A stretch of DNA of 63,162 bases, filler included, from Perkinsus chesapeaki ATCC PRA-425 (taxonomy: Eukaryota; Protista; Perkinsozoa): assembly GCA_013115145.1 (NCBI GenBank). It is 14 parts of 14 records of this genome, joined end to end, with 100 filler letters (N's around TTAATTAATTAA, not from the genome) between each part and the next. Parts side by side here need not be neighbours in the genome. Positions count along the whole stretch, not along the records: positions 1 to 4,212 come from JAAPAO010001297.1; positions 4,313 to 6,978 come from JAAPAO010001547.1; positions 7,079 to 9,693 come from JAAPAO010001564.1; positions 9,794 to 12,489 come from JAAPAO010001538.1; positions 12,590 to 25,143 come from JAAPAO010000810.1; 9 more parts are not named here. The stretch is one strand, 5' to 3'. Positions within the stretch are counted from its first letter, which is position 1. Each line of letters opens with the position of its first letter. Shown here in pieces: positions 1-12,759 of the stretch. A model generated the notes under the pieces. It was not told where the DNA came from. It saw nothing but the letters and a program-made list of their open reading frames with translations, and ran no database searches. The translations under genes were made by a program, and so were the position numbers.

Positions 1-1398
1 TGTATTATCATTACCATCCATACTAATAATATAATTAAGAATCATAGCACCATTATTAGATGGAGCGGTCCAGTTAAAAGTTACTGAACTCGATGTAGAC
101 TCTCCAACAGCGAACGACGTAACCTACCGGAAATAGGAATGAGCGAAAGCAGATGACCATTCAAGATTCAACTGCTTACCTGCTCAGGCGCAGATGCATC
201 AGATTGATCAGCAATCATCGAGTACGGAGCACTGAAGTCACTGTCACCAACGGAGTTTTCAGCCGATACTCGTAGTAAAACCGATTGACCGGAAGATAGT
301 CCATCCAAAGTGTAGGGCTAAAAGGGAAGAATAGGTACACAGTATAGCTACAGCATCGATGCTACTACTTACATTTGACGAATCTGAAACTTCCGCATTG
401 TCCCAAGTAGTTGGCGTATCACTCTCATTCGTCACCAATGCATGTTGGATAACGTATCCTGTTATATCGGCACCATTGTTATGTGATGGTGGTATGATAG
501 TAACTGATACGCTACTCGAAGATGTATTATATGCCATTAAACCTGAAATGGAAAGTTAGGCGCTAATTATAGAAGGATACTTACTTGGACTGCTCGGAAC
601 CTCTGGCTTCTTCGTCCCTTCCATAACGGCAACAGAGGGGCTACTAGTTCTGCCATCCTCCATCTCAATCTTATAACGGATTAGTAACTGTTCACCAGCA
701 GTTAGTCCAGTAATGGTACCAGTAGATGCCTCATTCTTATTATATGGTATCTCCAGAGCAACAGTCCATGGTCCATCAGAACGAAGACGTCTACTACCAC
801 TTGAAGTGGAGGAGGCAACTTGAGTCTCAATAAGATAATCTTTTGGATCATATGTCAAAGCACTTGCAACAGGACTAATAGTAATTGTTAAATTACTATA
901 ACCAGCAACAACTCTTGGATACTCAAGTTCACCAAGATCTATGGTATTATTAGAAGTATTGTTATTATCATTTGTACCACCAATAATTCCCATACAATAA
1001 AGTACAAGGAAGAATATACCAATACCAACACCAATACCAATAATAAACATTATGAAATAACGGATAAAACAGAATATAGAATCCTTGTATTTATCCCAAA
1101 AGCTCTTCTTCTCCCATTCAGCTCTTTCATCATCTGTCATCTCATGTGGTGGACGACAACAAAATATCATACATAACCAATAATTGAATTTATCACATTT
1201 ACTCTTCTTTTTATTATCATTCATCATAGGTGTTGCTGTACCATCGTATACGTCTTCTTCATTATCAGCACCTTTAATACTGCTAGACACAACAGTACCG
1301 ACCTCAGATGGTCCATTTACACTGTGACTGCCGGTCGCTGCCCGCTCTGGTATAAGATTATCATTATCGTATGTAGTAGGGGTATCAGATCGGTCCAT
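1..1398 (-). CDS. Type II membrane protein with fibronectin type III repeats (3'-truncated by window edge)
   Basis: MDRSD start at 1398, then a hydrophobic TM segment (IFCFIRYFIMFIIGIGVGIGIFFLVLYCMGII). FN3-like segments are joined over short GT-AG introns: TITGLTAGEQLLIRY, PPSHNNGADITGYVIQH, YTLDGLSSGQSVLLRVSAENSVGDSDFS, FNWTAPSNNGAMILNYII. Confidence 0.75.
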
Positions 1399-1631
1399 GG
1401 TTAAATTACAACTAAAATGAGTGTAGTAATTACGATTGAATTCGTGTTTACGGTATAGTAGACCACTAGCTTGAAGGGACAATTTGCACAATTCTTCTAG
1501 CGGTCATCTCGAGATGTGTAAGTGCGGCGTTAGATTTGCGTCGTCTTTTCTGTCACGTGCTGTATGATACTAAACTCATTGGTTATTTGTAGAAACAGGA
1601 TTATCACGAGCATCATTATTGCTGTTGTTGT

Positions 1632-2577
1632 TTAAATGACATCCTCGGGTCTAACCCTTGCACCGGCACCATCTAGACACTTATGCTCCTTATCTCGTCG
1701 AAGTGGCTTACGCATGTCCCACCTAAAAAGATATAATTATTAATAATATTTAAATCACTTACGCATCCTCTTCCTCTTGTGTTGCTGTCCCTTGATAGTA
1801 CCCAGTAACAGTTCTATATACTTCGTATCCTCGAGCCTTATACAACTCAATGGCTATAGTGTTGGACTCTCTTACCTGAGGAGGAACTTCTGCAAATACA
1901 TTAACAAAAACAAGCAGGTACGTAAAGATCTGCATAATAGCAGTCATGCAGTTTTTCACTAAGCAGCTCGAAGTAGTCGACCAATTGCCGAGCGACACCT
2001 GCCCTTCTGAATTCGGGTGCTACTGACAACGCTGATATATGGGAATGGTAATCCACGCCGTCTCCTGAAAATATTAACAAGTTAATAATCGAGATCATTA
2101 TTATTTACCTTCAACTTTTCCGATGATATAACCAGCAATAGTAACACCATCAGCGCATTCCGCGACGACACACAATTCGGGCCACCGAGTGAAGTAATGT
2201 GTGTAGAAGGATGTTGTGTACCTGATTGAAAGTAGTTAGAGACAATACCAATGGCCGATCGGCACGAGTAGTGGACGGAACAGGAAGCTATTCGATATTA
2301 GTCTCAAGAAGAAAGTCGCTTTGGTAAAATAATTATAACTACTTCTATGCCTCGATAGGCTGGTGATGGCGTTGACAGATAATAAGGGTTGTAAGAAGTG
2401 AAATTCAGTATGACGGAACAAATAAGCTCTACGTGATAGAAGTAAAGTTAAAGTGTAAGGGAAGTTGAGTTCTATAGTACGTTTATGATAAGGAACTTAC
2501 ATCTCGGTCCAATAGTCCAAATTGATATTATTTAACCGCATTAAGTCATCTATACACATTGGCCGTATAGTTATCAT
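1632..2577 (-). CDS. NAA20: N-alpha-acetyltransferase 20 (NatB catalytic subunit), multi-exon
   Basis: Spliced translation reads MITIRPMCIDDLMRLNNINLDYWTE...HSHISALSVAPEFRRAGVARQL...DLYV...ESNTIAIELYKARGYEVYRTVTGYY...EEEDAWDMRKPLRRD, matching NAA20/Nat3 motifs. Confidence 0.9.
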
Positions 2578-2677
2578 CTTAGCACTGTGTGACATGGTGA
2601 TGATGAAATAAAGCTACATACAATACACTTAGATACTCAACAAACACAGAGTAGCGTAAGATATATAGTTGGAAGAG

Positions 2678-2802
2678 GATATAGAGGGAGAACCAATTGA
2701 TACGTACTAGAACACATAAAGGGTGGTTAAAGAGGAGATATAGAGGGAGAACCAAGTGGTATGTACTAGAACACATAAAGGGTGGTTAAAGAGGAGATAT
2801 AG
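2678..2802. repeat. 59-bp tandem repeat, about 2.1 copies
   Basis: GATATAGAGGGAGAACCAA...GGTGGTTAAAGAGGA units start at 2678 and 2737, with a partial copy at 2796. Confidence 0.85.
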
Positions 2803-2820
2803 CTAATAGAAATATTGTGA

Positions 2821-3316
2821 TCAATATGCCATGAATGATTGGCGACTAGATCTTCGTCTTATTTCACTTCGAGGTGTACCAAATCGACGTTCACTTCTCC
2901 GTCTGGTGCTGCTCGTCATTAATGCACGCGTCTCTGGTCGGTGATGATGATGAGGTGAATAACTGCTGTTGGAATGCAAGTTAGCTCTACTAGTTGAGCT
3001 TAATGAATTAAGATGGTTGGTCGACGGTATAATATATATCCTCACCGATGAGTCACTAAAGGAGACTGACTTTTGCAGTCGCCTACTACCATGGCTTGAA
3101 GCTCTATAAAGAGATTTACATGCTGTTGCGGCTGTGGTATCTAATAATAGGTTATTATAATAATAATATTATCTTACATGACGATAACGATGCCTCCTTA
3201 GCAGGCTCTTCGTCATACTCATCGCCCTCAAATGAAGTTTGTCGAGCAGTGGGTGCATCACAATGATTTGTGACACATTCATCAGTGGTAGTACAGGAAG
3301 ACATTGTACAACCCAT
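2821..3316 (-). CDS. Small hypothetical protein with N-terminal MGC acylation-like motif
   Basis: MGCTMSSC... exon ending at a GTAAG donor, and a Ser/Arg-rich terminal exon ending RRSSRQSFMAY*. Any internal exon was not resolved. Confidence 0.4.
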
Positions 3317-3560
3317 TATGAGAGTAACGTTGAGCAGACTATATATAATCAACCTCGTAAGAATCTTGCAAGCTCAAGCTGAAGATACCCTCCCAACTAA
3401 GAACTCAAGCCATCATTAATTTACAGAGAAAAGATACGATGTTTAAGTATAGTGTTTTGCCCTGTTAGTTTCCCTTTTTATTACTAACCATCATCATAAG
3501 CTTCGCTACATGCGATGAACATACAAAACTATAAGCCTCCTTCCTGCTGCTGCTTCCGCT

Positions 3561-4110
3561 TCAATAACAAGCACCCTCCTCAGGTTGGGGAAGCTTCCTG
3601 TTAGCTGCAGATGTCATCTCGCGACGCAAAGATTCAAGTACGGTTTCAATGGTATACTCTCTAAAGAAAGGAGCGGTATGAGAAATATGAACTATATAGT
3701 CGTTACCTTCTCCAAGAGCCTAATGGACCCCATTTACTATTGACATGACCATTCTTAGGATCAGCACAGTTGATATTTATTTTGGTATTGAATTTAACCT
3801 ATAAAATATCTTTATTTCCCAATATCATAGGACCTTACCGTTGGAGCTTTATCAGGATATTCAGGACCGCACTCTAAAGTCAATGAGTAGATACGGTTCT
3901 CAAACGCGGTTCCAGGGGGGCCAAATATAGTCCCGTTCCAGTGTGTTAAGGTTATGTCATCTAAAGGTTAGGATCAACCTAAGATACGTAGGAAAGATAC
4001 TACTTACCAGGTATTTCCAAACCGAAAGTGCAGCCACTGGCACATTCACCCTTCTGACCCTTCTCTAGCTCGTCGAGAAGTCTAAAGTTGCGAGGGACAA
4101 TAACAGACAT
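3561..4110 (-). CDS. MMS2: Ubiquitin-conjugating enzyme E2 variant (MMS2/UEV1 family), multi-exon
   Basis: Starts [21 protein letters not shown] and ends [31 protein letters not shown], both characteristic of Mms2/Uev1. Confidence 0.92.
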
Positions 4111-4212
4111 ATTTTAATAACAGGCTTAAAGAAAGTGTTACTTTGTGGCGTGCGAAGGCTCACCGCCGTTCTCGCTCGCCAAGATATCTTTTTGTGTAGA
4201 AGAAACCGCTAG

Positions 4213-4312
4213 NNNNNNNNNNNNNNNNNNNNNNNNNNNNNNNNNNNNNNNNNNNNTTAATTAATTAANNNNNNNNNNNNNNNNNNNNNNNNNNNNNNNN
4301 NNNNNNNNNNNN
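4213..4312. other. Artificial contig-joining linker (first of 13)
   Basis: N44-TTAATTAATTAA-N44, which has stops in all six frames. The same linker occurs at 6979-7078, 9694-9793, 12490-12589, 25144-25243, 46680-46779, 47910-48009, 50980-51079, 52139-52238, 55504-55603, 58067-58166, 59502-59601 and 61630-61729. Plain scaffold gaps without the linker lie at 5774-5869 and 49446-49542. Confidence 0.98.
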
Positions 4313-6978
4313 TCTGAAGGCAACCGCGGCTGTTCCAAGTCTGCAGACGGAGCTATCGAATGGTCTCGACTTTCCTGCGAAGGTCTTACTCAATACGCTT
4401 TGTCAAAGAGTGTTGGGTCCTGCTGGTGATTCCCAGGGTTCCAAAGCGGCTGATATCGACTTGGGCGATTTACTAGTTCAAGCGGGTCGAAGGTTCGGAA
4501 GCCTCCCTGACCCTGGGCTGCTTTGCAGCAACAGTGCAACTCTGAAGAAGATGAAGGACGTTAGAACAGCGCTGACTATTGACCTTACTGAGTGCCACCC
4601 GCGCAGTGATCTTAGTCACGGCGTGGACATTGATACGGGTAATTTCTCGAACTGCACGCAGTTACTGCCTTCCATCTTCCTAGCCGTCGATAAGGATTCG
4701 CGCCGGAAAATCACTAGTTTCTCTGACTTCTCTGCATCCTTTCTACGTTATGCCGTGACGCTGGTTGTCCACTTTCCTATCCAAGAGTCTGATGCCGGCG
4801 CGAGTGATAGGCCCCAAGTCGGCCTGCTGGACCTTCTCGCCTACTGGAAGAGGCTCTATGATGTAGCCGTTCCTCTTACTGTCAACGGTGTGGTGGCTTT
4901 TGATAAGGAGTACCGTTCCCAGCTAGCTTTAAAAGTGGTCCAGCACTCAGTAACCTTGTCTGCTGGCTTCGCGCAGGACTGCGTCCCTGGTTTGTTGGCT
5001 TCCTACCTGGCTAGATTTAGTCAGGCTGCTCAACCTCGAGCTGGGAATTCAAGTCGCTCTGGAGGCCAATCTCGGAATAAGAGTTCCGAAGTTTGCCGTC
5101 ACTTTTTGCGTGGAACGTGCCATTATGGTCGCTCTTGCCGTTTCTCTCATAGTTCCCCTGGAAGTGCTAGTGGTGCTAGTTCCAGTGCTGGTCGCCAAGG
5201 TCAAGGCCCCTACTCTAGGCAAGAGTCGAGTGATGGCAGAGGAGCATCTGGGAGTGGTGCAGTGCGCCCCAAGGGTACGTAGGGCGCTACCCCTCTCTGA
5301 TATGCGCCGTCTTAGTGCAGCCCAGTCTGAGCTAGTAGCGTTATTATTACCTTACTATTTGTTGCACGGCTCGTTAGTATAAGTTGTTTGCGGTCAGGCC
5401 CGCTAGTGTCGAGTTGTGAGGAAGTGACAAGTGACCCACTGTTTCAAGACGGCTCGGGCCTTCCGGTGCAGTTAGACGAATTGTACTCCCGTACTACTAA
5501 GCCATCTGAAGAAGCGGTGAAGTTTTTGAGCCTGTTATCGGACATCGTTGATGAGTACAAGCTGCCAGAGGTCCTCCAGTCGAACCTGTCGTCAGAAGGC
5601 GGGCTCACGTGTGACGGGTTGAACGACGTGAGGATCGTTTTTGAGAATGCGGCCAACGAGCTGAGACAGAGCTTGACTCAGCTCTTCGCTATCGACGACC
5701 GCGTGGCCTTGGTGGGTGGTCCTCTACGGCCTGGTGTACTTGATCTTCTTAGCGAGCTCTTCGACTCCAAGTCNNNNNNNNNNNNNNNNNNNNNNNNNNN
5801 NNNNNNNNNNNNNNNNNNNNNNNNNNNNNNNNNNNNNNNNNNNNNNNNNNNNNNNNNNNNNNNNNNNNNGCATTGCCCCAGGTGTCTGTGGCCTTGGTAG
5901 TTCTGTTGCTCATTGGCCTGCTTGTCGCTTGGGAGAAGCTCCGAGTGAGTGCCTCGTCGGTTAAGTATGTTGGTTTCGTCGTGTCCTTGGATGCGTCACC
6001 TGTCACTATTAGCGTCCCCGAGGCCAAGCTCTGCGACACCTTGAGGTTGATCTCCTCAGTGATCGCATCACCCAGTCATGTGTCTATAAATGCGCTGGAG
6101 AAAGTAGCTGGCAGATTAGTCTGGCTATGTCGAGTTTGCGAGTTCGCAAGGCCTTATCTATCCCCTTTGTATGAGCGGCTCGGTATTGCGCGTAAGTTGG
6201 GCCAGGCGGTAATTGTAGTTTCTGATCGTTCAGCCCTGTTCAAGGCCCTCAAGTGGTGGGAAAACACCTTGCGTGTGGACGGTGCTCCTTATGGTGAATT
6301 TAGACTAAGTATGCCAGTGTTTCCCCCCGGGGTATTGAGTCCGAAAATCTACATCGCGAGCGACGCCTCTACATCTGGCCTAGGTGCGTGGGCGAAATCC
6401 GGTGAGCGGACATGCTGGTTCAATTTAAGCCTAACAGATGGCCGGGCTTTGGGGAAGTGGAGGCGGTTCCTTGAGAACCCCTCCAAACCTTCCTCTTCGG
6501 ACATGGTGTTCCTGGAGACTTTAGCGGCGGCCCTTGGGCTAGTTATGGCTCTGAAAGAGTTTGAGCCTGACTCGGCCTATAGAAGTTGGATAAGCCTTAG
6601 GAGTGATAACGCCGCTACAGTGGCAAGCTTTAAGAAACTCCGCTCGTCCACGCCGCGTATTAATGAGGTGTTACGCTCGCTGGCATGCCGGTTAGCCAAA
6701 ATGAGCTACCGTTTTGATGTGTGCTACATCTCTTCCGAGGAGAATTATTATGCAGATGTTATAAGTAGAGAGAGGAGCCCGAGCAAGTATCTCCCAGCCG
6801 ACTGGGAACGTGTTGTTGTGCTTCCCAGCGCCTTAAAGTGTAACTCCTTCATGCCTCCGACCTTAACGAGGCGCGGTGCTGCATCAATCGGCAAGCAAAG
6901 TCTCTCTAATTTGTGAAAGGCCCCCTTATCGCTTGTATAAATGCCTTTCTTATCTTGATCAGTCTGTGGAGCTGCTAC
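4313..6978 (+). mobile_element. DIRS/Ngaro-like retrotransposon fragment (gag-like ORF plus pol with RNase H)
   Basis: Intronless ORF 4410-5282 has a Cx7Cx5Cx3H finger (CRHFLRGTCHYGRSCRFSH). Pol segments are 5388-5773 and 5873-6916, with DIRS-type RNase H motifs (ASDASTSGLGA, ETLAAALGL, LRSDNAATV, NYYADVISR). The RT core presumably falls in the N gap, and no tyrosine recombinase is visible in the contig. Confidence 0.8.
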
Positions 6979-7078
6979 NNNNNNNNNNNNNNNNNNNNNN
7001 NNNNNNNNNNNNNNNNNNNNNNTTAATTAATTAANNNNNNNNNNNNNNNNNNNNNNNNNNNNNNNNNNNNNNNNNNNN

Positions 7079-9693
<2,615 letters not shown>

Positions 9694-9793
9694 NNNNNNN
9701 NNNNNNNNNNNNNNNNNNNNNNNNNNNNNNNNNNNNNTTAATTAATTAANNNNNNNNNNNNNNNNNNNNNNNNNNNNNNNNNNNNNNNNNNNN

Positions 9794-12479
9794 GTTATGT
9801 TCCGTTGCCGCTTTCAACAAGTCCATTGTTGATGTTCCCTGCTGTGATTCGGCCCGTGACGACTCCATTAAGGACGATTTGGCTGTGCGTGCTTACGCAT
9901 GTGGTTTCTTCTTGTCGCGTGATCTCGCTTATTTTTGCGATGTTTGTACGTGTGTGGTTAGTATGTCTGGCCTTACGGCTGAGGCTCAGATATAGAGCCT
10001 CCGCAAGCATTTCGCTAGTGGAGGTCATTGCTCTAATCAGGGATCTTTACCTGGTCGTGCCAATCGTGGTCGGCTCAGCGTTTTTCCCTATTTCTTCATT
10101 GATCATGAGTGTTTTAAGTCCCACTCGGCCCGTGAGTTTATGGATAATTTACAAAGTAGTGGTCTTAACTCGGCCTTGAAGAAGTTCGCATCTGTTTTGC
10201 GCGAGAATCTTCGGCCTGGTACTCACTTTGTGTATATTCATAAAGGGTTGGGACGTTTCTTTTGCTTGTCTCGTCGTGAGTGGTTTGCCCCTTCGGCAAA
10301 TTATCGTGGTGGCTCAACCCCTTTTGTACTTGAGGAGGGAACTTGTCCCTATAATCGCTCCATTGATATGGCTTTGCGGCGCCTGATTCGTGTGAATTTT
10401 GGCGTGCCTCGCTCTATGGTTGGGGATCGTGTGGAAACGGTCATTTCGACTCGTGAGAATGTCACTGCTTTGGCTTCTCCTCCTGTTCAGCCTTCTGAGT
10501 CTTCGGCCCATGTTTCGGCCCCGGCTCAATCGGCTTCACATGCTTTTCCACCGCCTCCTCCACAGCCGGTTCCACCTATTGCACCTGATATTGTGCGTGG
10601 CTCTGTTAGTCCCGGTTCTCGCCCAGCGAGGCCCGCCTTTCCCCCACCATCGTCGTTGTCTCCGAGTCGGCCCGATACGAGCAGTTTGGTTGCTCCTGAT
10701 CGTCGACATTCTGTTCCTCGTTCGGTCCCAACTCGGCTTCGTAATGTGGAGACGTTTGAGAGATTGCCCTTGCCTGAGCATCGTGGGTATGAGGTCCCTT
10801 TTGAACAACCTCAGCCTCTACCAGCTCCCTCCCCAATACGTCTGGTTCCAGCCCGTCGACGCCAAGAGTATCGTTATGACGCCGCTGCTGAACTTCAAAT
10901 TCGGCAGAGTAATTCTGATCGTTCTCTTCGGCCCGTTGGTCATGAAAGTGTTCCTCAAGAAGTTCCGGTTCAACAGTCTCCGCCCTCATCTCGATTGGAT
11001 ACTATTATGGAGGAACCAAATTGGTTTCCCTCTAACATGGTCCCTCTCGAACAGGGTATGGTTATGTTGACCTCCCTGGCTGCCATTGATGAGGATGGCT
11101 CTGTTCGGCCCGAGACGATTCCGGCTCAGCTGGACTTGTATAGTTTGGGTCGTGGGGTTAGGATGCCTGGGAGACTGATGTTTGCTGCTACAATGGCTAT
11201 TCAGATCCCTCTGGTTGAAGGCACGGAATTTGCTGCATTAGATGCATCCACTCTTTCGGCCCCACCTATCGGTCGTCGTCGCTCGGAAGAACAGGCCCTG
11301 CAAGACTTACTGGATGCCTCTCCTTCGGCTCTTGGTATCGATAACTCTGTTAACTGGCGAGAGTTTGATACCCGTTCTTTAGCTAACACCGAGGCCGAAA
11401 CTGAGATTATTAACCTGACTCTGGAGTCTCTTCCGGTCTCTGAGGACCTAGATGGTTTTGTACCTCCTCATCGGCCCGAAGATCGCACCACCTTCGATTG
11501 GGATATTGACTCTACGATTCGTAGGTCTGGTATGAAGCATCCTGGGTGGACTTCACCTTGGCCCTTTCGGCCTGGTCCTTATCTTGCCTGGAGAATGGTG
11601 GCTTTGAAGGAGGACGACCGTTCGGCCCGAGGCGATATGAGATACCTATTGGGGAACCCATGGTCTTTGTCTCGTGATCAAGTCCTTAACGGTGAATGGG
11701 GTCGCTTCTGGCGGGGATTCCACTCCCCACGGGGATGTGCTTCTTTCCTGGACTCCCCATTCGTGGCTTTTAAGCATCCGTTGGTTGCAGGTGTTGTACC
11801 CTCTATGGATGAGAATGTTTCGGCCCGCCTAATGTTTTTGCATGAAATTGGTCCAGGTCCCTCTCGGGGTCATAATACCCGAGAGGAGGCCTGGCCCGAA
11901 AAGCCATATGTGGCTAGTGCCGCAGCGGTTTTACGTTGGTTGCATTCTGCTCAACTTGGAGCCCTGTGTGCTACTATTCATTGTGCCGGTGGCCACACTC
12001 AGGGTACTGTACGGTCTGAGTGTAGTGTTCTATTCTGTTGTGAACAACATCTTGAAGATTCTCTGGTGTCTGTGATGCGATTAAGCCGTGAACGCCCTCT
12101 TATGCCTAACAGTTATGTATTTTCGGCCCGTTCAGTTCGTGCTTTCGAGTGCAATCTACTGGATGAACAAGGAAGACCGTCTGGACTTGATCGGCCTGAG
12201 TCTCTGGTGGATATGTTGTATAAATTTGAATCTGTTAGGGCTCGTGATGGACATCCCCTTCCTAGGACGCCTTTGACACCATTCCCGGAACCTTTTTCCC
12301 TTCGTTCTGGTGAGATTGTTGATGCTCCAGCTACTGGTATCAATCGTCCTCGACGTTCTGAACGCTACTCTTTGAACTATAACTGGTCTCAGATCTCCGA
12401 GAACTTCGAGGATGTAGCTCGGCCCGTTTTGGAACATTGGTCCAAGAAGGATGAAGACTTCCGGCCCCGAGAAGATTGA
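9794..12479 (+). CDS. Orphan intronless ORF (779 aa from ATG 10140; same frame open to contig start except one TAG at 9993-9995), probably from a mobile element or virus
   Basis: Long ORF with a Pro/Ser-rich middle and a Trp/Cys/His-containing C-terminal domain. There are no introns, the plus strand is T-rich and TCGGCCY recurs throughout. I do not recognise a family. Confidence 0.6.
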
Positions 12480-12589
12480 TGATGATACTNNNNNNNNNNN
12501 NNNNNNNNNNNNNNNNNNNNNNNNNNNNNNNNNTTAATTAATTAANNNNNNNNNNNNNNNNNNNNNNNNNNNNNNNNNNNNNNNNNNNN

Positions 12590-12681
12590 ATTAACATTAG
12601 CCTATCTTATACAGTCATACCGCTCCCTTCTATTTATTAACATTAGCCTATCTTATACAGTCATACAGCTCCCTTCTATTT
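12590..12681. repeat. 46-bp tandem duplication at contig start
   Basis: ATTAACATTAGCCTATCTTATACAGTCATA(C/A)... occurs at 12590 and 12636 with one mismatch. Confidence 0.85.
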
Positions 12682-12759
12682 CGTCACCCCATACAGTTCA
12701 GCCGAGTTCCGTGTCCTTTGTTAACTAGCTCCATGCATTGCATCACCATAGCACCTACT

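Noticed and set aside
2678-2802. Direct repeats as a CRISPR array
   Set aside because: These are simple head-to-tail 59-bp copies without unique spacers, in a eukaryote with no cas genes in view.
4257-4268. Repeated TTAATTAATTAA palindromes as a biological repeat or piggyBac-like sites
   Set aside because: They are always centred in exactly 44 N on each side, so they are an assembly linker with six-frame stops.
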